Below are positions 26,206 to 37,965 of a DNA stretch of 64,000 nt, in pieces. The position numbers and the translations under genes were made by a program. Within the stretch, counting starts at the first letter, position 1; each line of letters starts with the position of its first letter. Below the pieces are notes generated by a model. The model searched no databases, was not told where the DNA came from, and saw nothing but the letters and a program-made list of their open reading frames with translations. The stretch is from positions 95,358,001 to 95,422,000 of the forward strand of contig NW_024704742.1 of assembly GCF_018977255.1 (NCBI RefSeq). The letters are read 5' to 3'. The DNA comes from Callorhinchus milii (taxonomy: Eukaryota).

Positions 26206-26431
26206 AATTCCACCTGGGTCTAGATTTACTCAATTTATGCAGCCTTTCAGAGGATCCAGAATTTGACAGATTCTTAAATACAACTTTAATTTCAAAGCCT
26301 TTTTTTATTATTTTCGTTTAAGAACTATAGAAAACTAGCTTCCAAGTTGAGACTGAATTCAATACTTTGCCAAATTCTGAGTGCTCTGAAAACAACTTAA
26401 ATTAAGTAAATCTAGCACCAGGTGGAATTTC
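26206..26431. mobile_element. Hairpin/MITE-like element, copy 2 (best preserved)
   Basis: aattccacctgggtctagatttactcaat vs reverse complement of attaagtaaatctagcaccaggtggaatt (26/29); imperfect pairing continues about 90 bp inward. Confidence 0.7.
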
Positions 26432-26531
26432 AGTCCTACTTGCCTTTTGTGATGTTAATGGTGTAGAATCACCTTCCACTGACAACGTGCTGCTGCATTA
26501 CTCCAGACACACTCATGCTCTAATCACAGGG

Positions 26532-26860
26532 TAATAATAATAATAATCCTTGCATTTGATATAGAGCCTTAGCGCATCATTGAGACATCTCAAAGTGCTT
26601 CACAGAATATACTGTAAAGTGAATTGACTTTATATTTTGTGGGCAAAACATGGCAGCCAATTGCACACAGCAGTGTCCCACAAACAGTCATGGATTGAGT
26701 GACCAAATTATTATTGATTTTTTGAGGGATTAGTATCCCAGAAAAGCAATCCACCAATTGACTAACAATTGAGTTCCTACTTACTGCTAGGTAAACAGAG
26801 GCATGTGGAGTAAGGAAACTTGTCCAAAATTTCACCCTGCTGGGAATAGAAGCCAGGTCT
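26532..26860 (-). mobile_element. tRNA-Ala-headed SINE, long form, partial head
   Basis: Contains the extra segment ctgtttacctagcagtaagtaggaac..ttgcttttctgg. Confidence 0.88.
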
Positions 26861-28324
26861 TTATCCATGTGTTGTTGCAGAATTGCAACTGTCAAAATAC
26901 AGAATACAATGGAAATCTGATTTACTAGACTTTCATTAATTTACTGGAGAATTCGATGTTGCAGAAGTAATGGGAGATAAATATTTTGCTAATGTTTAAT
27001 CCGATGAAGGAGGTTATACACAGTGGAACAACTCCCTTCCAAAATTGTAATTAATGTGACCTAAGCCATTATATCTAAAATCATCACAGGAAAGACCTGC
27101 TAGAGCACATAGCTTTATTATAGAAACACCTCAGTGTCCACCTGTGTTAGCTTTTAGCTTTTAGGCAGGGAGCAAGCAAGATTGTGGCTATTTGATGACT
27201 TGTGGAAAAAAACACGAGGGCACAATGGCCCATTTCTGAGCTCCAACGTTGTGTGGATCCATATTCTTGTTTGGGTTGCACACTAATGTGTTTTCTTGCA
27301 AGATCCCACCCAATCCAAACATACAAGCACTTCATACAAGTGTCTGAGCTTTTGGAAACGCATTTTTTCAGGAAAATAGATTAGTTGTGCAGTTTGAGAA
27401 TACAACAGCAACAAATTTATATAACTCCCTTGATGTAGGGTAGCATCTCTGAAAACTTTGCCAAGAAAGGGTGGGACCCTGAGCAGGGGAGAGGGTCATG
27501 GGTAGGTGGCCATAGATATGCGCAAATAGGTAGGTCTTAAGGTAAGTCCTAAAGAAAGAAATAGAGGGGGGAGGAAGACAGAGGTGAGGGAGTTCAAGCT
27601 ACTTAGGGGATAGAATCTGAGGCTCAGCCACCAATAGTGGTGTAGAGAGAAGGGCGGGGGGAGGGAACAGCAAGCCCGAGTTTGCTGAGCAGAGGGGGCA
27701 AGCAGGGAGAGTGGGGTACGAGAAGATCAAAGTGGTAAAAAGAACAACTTACATTTATATAGCACAAGATAGGTCTTGAAGGTTCTTTTTTTCAATTTTG
27801 AACTGTGTAACAACAACAGGTTACATTTATATAGCACCCTTCACACGGGGCAACATCTCAGAGCGCTTAACTAGTACGAAATCATCTGTTTCAGAACGAT
27901 GTAATGACCTGTTTCTTTGATACATGTAATGCTCTTCGGGGGGGGGGGGGGGGGGTTAGTAGGTGCAGTGTGTTTTCCCTGCACCCGGCAAGGCACAGGC
28001 AGGATTGGGAAGTTGTTGAGGGAGAAGCAGGTGCAGACTTGGATCTTACCAATCTGATCCCTCAAGGCAAAGCACAGGGTAATGCACTGCACAAACACAA
28101 CAGATTCAGCTAAAGTTTAATCTAATGCAAACCTAATGTAGGATTATATATTTAATCTTCATTCAAATTCTATTCATCTGATCCAAGCAATCGAGTAAAT
28201 TGTCAGATAAATTAATCTCAACTGCAACCGAGTGCTTTTTGTATCAATAAATGTTTAAAATGTATAAAAATGGCAAAATTATATATATACTTTACCTTGT
28301 TGCTTAATTAAGATTCCTTTCCTG

Positions 28325-28400
28325 ACCCATGACTGTCCAGCGCCTTGGGATGTCCTCCCGATGTGAAAGGCGCTCTATAAATGTAATTTTATTGTTGTTG
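28325..28400 (+). mobile_element. L2 tail-only insertion
   Basis: cagcgccttgggatgtcctcccgatgtgaaaggcgctctataaat. Confidence 0.8.
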
Positions 28401-29514
28401 AATTTATTGTTAAATAAAAATATATTTTGGTCTTGTTTTGGTTCCCAACCCCCGCATTTTAATGGCCCTATAGTAAACTTGGGGTGGGCGAGGACATGAA
28501 CTAGGCCGGAGCCCCCTGAGCGGAGGGAGCGGGAAGATTGGTAGGGAGTTAGGAAAAAAGGAGAAAATTGGAGGGGGTGGGGTAATTTTACATACAAAAA
28601 AGCAAAAATTAGGATTTACTTTGGACCATCAAGAACCCTCAACAAACCAAACCAAGTAGCAACAAAGCTTTAGTTTTCGAAAACAATGTTAATAGATTGA
28701 GGCAATAAATCCAATCAATTTTTTTCTTACCAAAAACGGGAATGTTCTTGCAAAAGCCACGTGATGCAATAAGATGCACTCATCCTCAAACCTGCTTCAC
28801 TTGTTCCTGGTCCCAGAAATGCAGACAATGCGAGAAAGGCTCTTTTCTGTAACTGGTCTGTACATTGCGATGCACATGCATTCCTAGAACTGTCAGTGCA
28901 GCGAGATGGTTTTTGGGATGTACGCACGCCTTCATGTCTGCTAAGCAAAGTTTGGAGAGTTTTTTTTGTAATTGAAATTCATTCAGGTGAAAATAGATTT
29001 TACTTTACTGATTGACATTCACATAAATAAAACATCGGAACACATTCAGCAGAGGGAAAGAAGGAGCAGGAAGCAAAGAAGCTGAGGCAGCTGAATTACC
29101 TGAATGCTGCTAGAGTTAAAAGCTGAATCTTCATTGTGATTCATAGTGTGTCAAGCGTAATATGGTTACAAGCTCTTAGTTCAAAATGATTCACAGGCAT
29201 TTGTAGACCTCACTCGTGCAGATGGAAGTGGTGGTTTATGGTGGGCTGTAAACATTAATTAAATGTTACTTCCAACTAGTGTTACAGCAGAATTGTAGGT
29301 GTGTAGTATTGTAGCAGTATTCTATAATGAGCAGTGAATACACTTGGGGGCACTTTCTGCCCTTACCTATTAAATGGGAGAATTGTAACGCTGTTTCACT
29401 CAATTATTAGGAATGCAGGCTTCTCTTGTACCTTCACAAATTGGTATTAGTTCTCTTAAAAACAATGTGGGTTGTTTTTTTCAGATAATTGAATTTTACG
29501 TGATCATAATTTTT

Positions 29515-29770
29515 TTTAAAGCCCTTCACAGTCTAGCCCCACCTTGTCTTCTAAAACTGTACCAACCTGCGCGCTCCCTATACTTGACAGGCCCTGGCCT
29601 GCTTCATGTACCTGCCCTTCCCGCGCCCCCCTGCCCCCCCCCACCAGCAGCAGTTGGAGCCTTCAGCTTTTCTGCTCCCCACGCTCTGAAACTGCATCCC
29701 GGAGTACCTTCACCTCAACTCTTACCTCGCCCCCTTCAAAATCCGTCTTAAGAACTTCCTCTTCCTCTTT
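29515..29770 (+). mobile_element. Decayed L2 3' fragment
   Basis: FKALHSLAPP..YQPARSL..GPGLLHVP..GAFSFSAP. Confidence 0.7.
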
Positions 29771-29844
29771 AGCGTAAAAGCGTTCAGCATCCTAATAACA
29801 AGCCCCTTTCCAACTCCCTCCCCATTATGTTTCCAGTAATAATA

Positions 29845-30291
29845 CATTTCCTTGCATCTAAAAAATTATAGTTCACTATAACAACGATTGCCTACAAATA
29901 CCAGTCACTAAACTTTATTGTAATTGGTTTAGGGCCACTTGTTGCTGATCCAGTAACCAATTTAAATAATTCACATTTAACCTATTAAACTGTTTCATAA
30001 TTTTGAACTCTTGTATTATATAATAATACAAAGATTATTGTCATTAGATTTTATTTTAACATTCTTAACACGCTCTCCTAATTGCAGCTCCAGTTTTTCA
30101 TCATGTCTGTGTCCTCTCATCGCTGCATTCATCCTATTGACTCTATAGCTTTGTATTATAATAATAGTAATCCTGGCAATTGATATAGACTTCTCAAAGA
30201 GCTTCACAGGGATTACTATAAAGTTTAGTGATTGGTATTTGCAGGCAATCATTGTTACAGTAAACTATAATTTTGTAGATATAAGGAAATG
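29845..30291. repeat. 80-bp inverted repeat pair (29845-29924 / 30212-30291)
   Basis: 71/80 identical by hand count, ungapped, 287-nt spacer. Confidence 0.88.
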
Positions 30292-32670
30292 ACATCATCT
30301 GTTCAGCCATATTACAAAATTATGGTTGTCACAGTGTATTGCTCTCGAGATCACACACAGGCTGTTAAACCCCATTCCCAACCTCAAATAAATGGCTCTG
30401 AGAGCATGCTGCTGATCAAAGGATAATGCAGTTTATTTTTAGATTTTATTTAGCCAACCGTTCAATTAATGTCAGGTTACATACGCTTTTTTTTAAAACA
30501 ATGCACTTACTGTACAGTCATTTGTTATTTTCCTTATTCATCTTTGCTATAGCTTTCATTTCCCTTTGATGGATTTCATCCTGGAAGGAATGAATATACT
30601 TAACTGTTAGCAGCGTTGACTGTTAAAAATCAATAAGTGTAACAGATTTAGCATCAACAGCAGTAATTTTGGCTACCAGTTGAATTTAATCAGCATGAAT
30701 ATGGTCAGTGATCAGTCTCTAAACAGATGGAGCAAAGAACATGAGTCTTGAAATGACAGTCCAGATGGTGGATACTTAGGATTTTTGTGCAGAGATCCCT
30801 ATTGCTATAAATTGAACGGAAAGTGTTCAAATAAGTGAATAAAAAAAGGCAAAATCAGTCCATTTAGTGTCATACAGTAGATATTTTTATTAGAATAAAA
30901 TTTGTGGATGATTACGAAAATAACATGCTGCTTTATTAATTATTTTGTTATTGAAATAAACAAGACCATCCTTAATGTTATGATTTTTTCACTTTATTTT
31001 TCTGTGGGTGGGTTGGGGGTAGGATGTAGAACACACATTTAGTAAGAGCAACTCCACAAATGTTACACATTGACAGAGGTGCAGTCTTTCAGATGAGATG
31101 CTAAACTGTCTGCCTGTCCAGGTGGACGTTAAAGATCTCTTTACAGTATATTCTGAGAAACACATTGAAATATCTTGATAATGTGATAAGGCGCTGCATC
31201 AAGTGCAAGGATTATAATAATAATTATTACAAATATCGATAACAGCAGGTGTCTGTTAGGCTGGTTTATCTTTGGCACTTTTTTTTGTGCCAGTTATCAT
31301 GACTGAAGACAGGCTTGGTCGTTGCATGATACAAATTGCTGGTGATTTAGCATTTATTGGATTCCACTTTCAGTTCTCTGCAGCTGCTCAATTCTGCTTT
31401 GTGTAAAAGTTGTTCTACTCTTCACTCTATCTAATACATACACAGTGGCACCTGCTCTGATGATTTGCTTTCTGACAAATGATTGAAATCTATTCAGATT
31501 TACAGTCAAAATGATTCACCTCTGCTGCTGATCCTGGCAGCTTCCCACACTAAAAAGGCAAAACCTCCACCCCCATCTTTAGATTTCTGAAGATCAGGTT
31601 TAAGATTAGACGTAATTAATCAATTGGCCATGCGTCTACAGTCAATTATAACTCAACTGATGCCCTAGCTAAGATCAGCTAACTCAGGATTTCAACCTGC
31701 CACATGCTCAACTCTATGGTCAAGCGCTGGCTCCAATAATGCCTTTAACCAATAAACCATTAGGTAACTGCACGTTAAGGGAAACTTGGAGGTAGAAGCA
31801 GCAGAACCTAAGATTGGTGGCTATTGTTGTTAACCATGGCTGTTTGTGGGACACTGCTGTGCACAATGGGCTATCAGGTTTGCCTACAAATACATAATCA
31901 TACGTTGAGATGTTCTCTTGATGTGAATACCAAATGCAAGGATTATTATTATTGCAAGTCCAAAACTGAACAGGGTATAAGTTCAAAGCCTGAGTAAGAA
32001 CATTTGCTTTGCTTTATTCAAAAGTTCCCAAGACATAGAAGCAAGTAAAAAAATTAACTTTATTTAAAACTTTTTTTGTTATATGGTTTGTATTTTAGAA
32101 AATTACAGACAACCCAATCATTCACTGGACAATCATTCCAAAAACACAATTAGGTGGTGACCTTAATTCAAATTTGTGATATAATAAAATACAAATTAAA
32201 TTTTTAAATTTAAAGAAAGACATGCACATAAGTGGTAATCGACCTGTGAAACATTTGTGTTTATAGATGCAATTTGCTATTTTTAAGCAAGACACAAGGC
32301 CTTTTGATGCCATGATTTGAGTAAGCACACTTGAAAAACGGTGGGTTTCTCCAAGAGTACTTAGATTACAATTACAATAGAACCAGTGCTGCCTGGGGCA
32401 AATCTACAAATGAATAAAGGGATAATTCTGCGCAATTCATTTCACTGTGTATCTGGAGGAGGAATTTAGCCTCATAAAGAAGAGATTTAAAAGGCATTCA
32501 TTGGGATGTTTTTCCCATCGATTAGGTCATGCTTTTTCAGAAGACTCAGAGAATATTTTTGCAGGTGGTAGATACAGGTACTGTATTCCTTTGAATTGAG
32601 CATTTTACCTTCCACTATTTAGCCAAAGCTGCTGCTATTTAAGTAGATGCTTCAGTAAAACTAGTGTGTT

Positions 32671-33575
32671 GAAATTCCACGTGGGTTTACATTTACTCTA
32701 TTAACTTAGAGCATTTAGAGCCTCTTGAATCTGGCAAATTCTTAAATATTGAAGCTGTAAATTCTTTTATGGACTTCAGAAAATGGGCTGCAAAGTTAAG
32801 ATTTAACTTCGCCGGAACATCGCCAGACTACGGCACTACCTCACCCCTCACGCTGCTGAAACTCTGGTCCACGCCTTTATCACCTCAAGGCTGGACTATG
32901 GGAACTCTCTCCTCGCCGGCCTTCCCGGCACCTCCCTCCACAAGCTGCAGGTCATTTAGAACTCTGCAGCTCGTGTACTGTCCCGCACCAGGTTTCGCGA
33001 CCACATCACTCCCACCCTCGCTCGCCTCCACTGGCTCCCCATTCCCCAGAGGATCGAATTTAAGATCCTCATCCTCACCTACAAGGCCATTCACGGCCTT
33101 GCTCCCTCCTACCTCTCTGACCTACTATCCCCCTACTTACCTTCCCTTACCCTCCGTTCCTCTGGCTCCGGTCTGCTCCACATCCCCCGCTCCAACCGCC
33201 CTACCATCAGTGGCCGGGCCTTCAGCCTCTCAGCCGCTAGGCTCTGGAACTCCATCCCCCAGTGCCTTCGCCGTCTCCTCCCTTTCCTCCTTCAAGGCCG
33301 TCTCAAGACCTTTCTCTTTGACCGTGCCTTCAACTCCCCTCTCGACTCTCTACGCCCTCCTCGCTCCCTCCCTTCCCTCTCCTCACCCTGACCATTTCCC
33401 CCTGCTCGGGTCCTAACCCAACTGTGCAGCGCCTTGGGACGTCCTCCCGACGTGAAAGGCGCTCTATAAATGGAATCTTGTTGTTGTTGTTGTTGTTAAA
33501 TAATTTTCCAAATTCTGGACACTCTAAACTGATACGTTAATAGAGAAAATCTGGACCCGGTTGGAATTTCTCCCC
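32671..33575. mobile_element. Hairpin/MITE-like element, copy 3, split by an L2 insertion
   Basis: Left end gaaattccacgtgggtttacatttactc; right end gagaaaatctggacccggttggaatttc after the L2 tail. Confidence 0.65.
32813..33497 (+). mobile_element. Young L2 3' fragment, same family as 5322-7037
   Basis: Close match to 6257-7037 with only one copy of the 45-bp unit; (TTG)n tail. Confidence 0.95.
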
Positions 33576-33654
33576 TCAGATTGTGGAATTCTGTGTAGTT
33601 GTAGTTGCAGGATCCACAGTGACTGATAGTTGTGTCTCTTCCAGCCATGTGCAA

Positions 33655-33862
33655 GGCAGCGTCCCACAAACTGTTGTGGATTGAGTGACCAATTTATTAT
33701 AATTTTTTTTAAAGGAATTATTACACTCAGAAAAGTGATACGCTAATTGACTGACAGCGGGTTCCTAATTACTGCTTGTTTAACAGAGGTGTGTGGAGTA
33801 AGGAAACTTGCCCAACATTTTGCTCTGCCAGGAAGCAAACCCAAGTGTCTCGCTTCCCACAA
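33655..33862 (-). mobile_element. tRNA-Ala-headed SINE, long form, internal fragment
   Basis: gtggagtaaggaaacttgcccaa plus the long-form segment. Confidence 0.75.
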
Positions 33863-33879
33863 ACAAACATGAAGGGAAT

Positions 33880-34118
33880 GATTAATTTTATCTGGGGGAT
33901 TGTTGGCCAGGGCACAGTGAGAAACTCGAATCTTTAACGTCCAACTGAACAGGCAGACCACCCTCCATTTAACATCTTATCCAAAGGATGGCACCTCCGA
34001 TAATGCAGGGCTCCTCCAGCACTGCACTGAAGTGTCAGCCTAGATTATGAGCTCAAAGTCCTGATATGAGGCTTGAACTCACAACCATCTGACTCAGAGA
34101 CAAGAGTGCTACCAACTG
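33880..34118 (-). mobile_element. DeuSINE (SacSINE1-like) 5' half
   Basis: Reverse reads cagttggtagcactcttgtctctgagtcagatggttgtgagttcaag..gctgacacttcagtgcagtgctggagg..ggaggtgccatcctttggataagatgttaaa. Confidence 0.75.
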
Positions 34119-34251
34119 CCATTGTCACCACCATGGCCTTTGCATCTTTTAACCCAGCTTGAACTATTATATTTGGGGTGGGAGCAATTTTCTTGAAGCA
34201 CAAAGACTTACTTTGAAAAAAATATTGTTCAAGAACACTTTATTGTGCACT

Positions 34252-34420
34252 ACAATTCAAATTTACATTTGTGTGGCGCCTTTCATGCCGGAAGGACGTC
34301 CCAAGGCACTTGGCAGTCCTGGCTTGGCACCCGAGCTGCGGGTGGGAGCCAAGGGGGTTGGGGAGGGTAAAGTAGATCATAGGAGCAGTCAAGGAGGAAG
34401 GTCTTGAGAAAGAGCTTGAC
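34252..34420 (-). mobile_element. L2 3' end fragment
   Basis: gcgcctttcatgccggaaggacgtcccaaggcact. Confidence 0.75.
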
Positions 34421-35000
34421 GAATAATGACCTTTTGTTTAAGACATTAGAACATACTTTCTGTCCTCCCTGTGGAATATTTTATACTGGGGGCGATGGAA
34501 CTCTGGAACAGAGAGAAACCAACTCCAACACAGCAACAAAGATCTTATTATTATATCACTTGGTGATACGCCTATGTACAATTCACTTGTTTTTGTAATG
34601 TATGCAATAAAAGTCAGCCATGTATCTCTGGTGTCTGACAATTGTGCTTTGGTCCCTGTACAAATGTGCTTTGACCATCAATGTCTTCAATATACAGAAA
34701 TTGAAAGCAAACAGTTTTGCTATGTGAATTCTAAAGGGTTGTATTGCCCTGTTAAATCAATTACATTTTGTGCCAAATTATTAACAGTCGCTGCATGAAA
34801 GGGTAAAAAATCAAAATACTGTGAAAGATGCTTCAGATTCATAGACTGTTCGGTGGTGATGCTTTGAATCATTTGTATTTGCGTGAAGATTTGAATACAT
34901 TGTGTGGTTAAAACAGATTGAAAGGAACAGGAATCAAAGGTGGGATTTTAGCAGAGGTTATAAGTCATTTTATTCTCTTTTAACCTGTTAAAATGGCGTC

Positions 35001-36475
35001 AACAACAACAAGATTACATTTGTATAGTGCCTTTCACGTCGGAAGGACGTCCCAAGGCACTGGACAGAGTACAGCATTTCAGACCTGAGCTGGGTTGAGG
35101 GGGAGGAAGGGAGGGGAGGGGAAGGGGGATGGCCGATGGCATGCTCAAAGAGGCGGGTCTTGAGGCGGGACTTAAAGGAGGCTGAGGAGGGGGCGAGGCA
35201 GAGTGACTGGGGGATGGAATTCCAGAGGTTGGGGGCAGAGTGGCTGAAGGCTCTCCTGCCAATGGTGGGGCGGGTAGGTCGGGGGACGAGGAGCAGGCAA
35301 GAGCCAGCTGAGCGGAGGGAGCGGGTGGGTTGGTAGGGGGTTAGGAGATTGCAAAGTTAGGGTGGGGCGAGGCCATGGAGAACTTTGTATGTGAGGACCA
35401 GGATCTTGAACTGGAACCTCTGAAGGATAGAGAATGGGGGAGATGCGGTCACAGAGTTTGGTGCGGGAGAGGACACGGGCTGCAGAGTTCTGGATTATCT
35501 GCAGCCCTGTGGAGGGAGGAGTTGGGAAGGCCGACAAGCAGGGCGTTTGCATAATCGAGCCTGGAGGTAATGAAGGCATGAACAAGAGTTTCAGCGGCCT
35601 GAGGAGTGAGGTAGTGGCGGAGTCGGGTGATGTTACGGAGGTGAGGGAAGGCAGAGTGGGTCATGGCTCGAATGTGGAGGAGAAAAGTCAGTTGAGGGTC
35701 GAACAAGACACCTAGGTTCCTGACTGGCTTGGTGAGTTGAAGTGTGCAACCGTGGAGTCCTGTAGCTCAGTGGTTAGAGCACTCGCTTTGCAAGCAAGAG
35801 ACCCGAGTTCAATTCCAGGCAGGGCGAAACCTTGGGCAAGTTTCCTTACTCCACACGCCTAATAATAATCCCTCCAAAAAACCAAAAACAATAATAAATT
35901 GGTCATTTTCAATCTACGACTGTTTGTGGGACATTGCTGTGCGCAATTGGCTGCCGCGTTCGCCCACAAATATACAGTCAATTCACTTTACAGTGTGTTC
36001 TGTGAAGCGCTTTGGGACGTCCTCCCGACGTGAAAAGCGCTATATCAAATGCAAGGATTATTATTATTATTATTATTGATGCTGCCAGAGCCTGAGGTGC
36101 TGAGGCGCTGACGCGAGCCAATCAGGAGGGCCTCAGTCTTGTTCACATTCAACTGTAGGAAATTTGCCCTCATCCAGGACTTGATGTCCAACAGGCAGTC
36201 TGTCAGGACAGCAGTGGTCCTGGAGTTGAGGGTGGAGGCAGAAAGATTGAGTTGGGTATCATCCGCATACATATGGAAGTTGACTCCATGTCTGTGGATG
36301 ATGTCACCAAGGGGGAGCATGTAGATATTAAAGAGGAGAGGGCCAAGGACAGAGCCCTGGGGGATTCCAGATGTGACAGTGTGGGGGCTGGAGGAGAAAC
36401 CGTTAGAGGCAACGAAGTGGAGATGATCAGAGAGATAGGAATCGAACCAGGCAAGGGCAGGTCCGCGAAGATTGA
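35001..36475 (-). mobile_element. L2 LINE, 5'-truncated, interrupted by a SINE at 35752-36077
   Basis: [33 protein letters not shown] on the minus strand; (TTG)n tail at 35001. Confidence 0.93.
35752..36077 (+). mobile_element. tRNA-Ala-headed SINE, youngest subfamily, nested in L2
   Basis: Full-length head to (TTA)n; L2 sequence resumes on both sides. Confidence 0.95.
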
Positions 36476-37965
36476 ATAAAGCGGAGAGGACACGGGCTGC
36501 TGCATCTTGCAAATATTATCGTAGAGGACTGTGATTTGTTTCAGTTTTCCACTGTACACCATTGGACTTGCTGGCAATGGATAATTTACTCAATAAAAAA
36601 ATCCTCTTTATACATTCTAGCTGTGTAGAGCTGTGTACTCAAGGGTTAACATTTACCCTACTTGTTGTAATTTGCTGTTGGATCTGTACAGTGTTGTCCT
36701 TGATAAACAAGATTGGCCAGAAGTGTACCCCTCCCTTCCTTGAGTTAGTCATAGTGTTTGGGTCTGAAGTAGCTCATGCCGCCGTTGGACTTATTGGCTT
36801 GTGGATCATGGCATTATTAAGCAGCCCATTAGGATACTGTCTTAACTCAATAAAATATCTGAGTTAAGATACTTTGTGTAAACCATCCGTTTATATTCCA
36901 TAAGGCAGCTCTCCAATCTGGAGGCCAACAATGGTATCCATGGGTGGGTTTGGGACAAGTCATTGAGATGAAGCTGGGGAGGAGGAGGGAATCATACCTG
37001 CAGCCAGTCTTGTTATGAACTGACTTTGATTGAATTTATCAACACACTGATAATGATCACATATAGGATATGATAAACCTTTCCATTAATAGTCTGACTG
37101 CAAAACAATCAATTCTGTTGCTTATGACTGTTGCACTTATGGTGAGGCTTGGCAGATCTCAATGCTGATAGAAACCTTTCCTTTGTTTGCCTCTGTAGAT
37201 AGCAATGTTAGTGCTTAGAGCTTGTTTTGTGGGATTCCCTGGATATAAAGTCATGTAAAACAATGCTGAAATCTTTCCTTGTACACTATATAATCCTATC
37301 TTCTTCGCCGGCTGGGAATGAAAGGGTGGTATTGATTCTTTTTAGGATGTGGCCAATGATCAGTATTTACTTCTAATTACTCATGGTATATGAGATATTT
37401 AAATTATAATCTGTTGTATATTTTAATATCTTTCAAAAAAAGTCATACATATGAAAGCTGTTCCTAGAACAGCAGTGCTGGAACTCAAACAATCAAAACA
37501 CATTAAAGGATTGAATGCTTGTCAAAATTGTTAGCTTTAATGTTTTTCATCCTTTCCAGACTCCTTGCTTAGATCTTTTGTTTGTCTGCATTCAGTCCCA
37601 TCTATTATGCACCACCTCTATTGCCATGACAACTGATAATGCAAAGATGTACCATAGAATTCAGTGATGTCTTATTTCATCTCTACCTCTGTGGCTATAT
37701 CCAATATGTCCAAATCCCCTTGTTCCACAATCGAATCCAGATAATAACAGAAATAATTTGCATTTATAGAGAGCCTTTCACGTAAACTAAGCATCTGAAA
37801 CTACTTGATAAAAATATCATTACAGTAATTAGAAATGAAAGTGAATGTTGTTGTTTAGATGTTCTCAACATTGTTTTTTTTAATTTTCTTCATACAAGCA
37901 TAAGGGCAATGTATGCAGAGAATATTTCCTTCAAAAAATTACTTTATTATTAACTTCATTCACAT

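Noticed and set aside
35744..36079. Recurrent ORF ending ..[10 protein letters not shown] (also 61966-62235 and 23917-24135)
   Set aside because: Incidental translation of SINE copies and their (TTA)n tails
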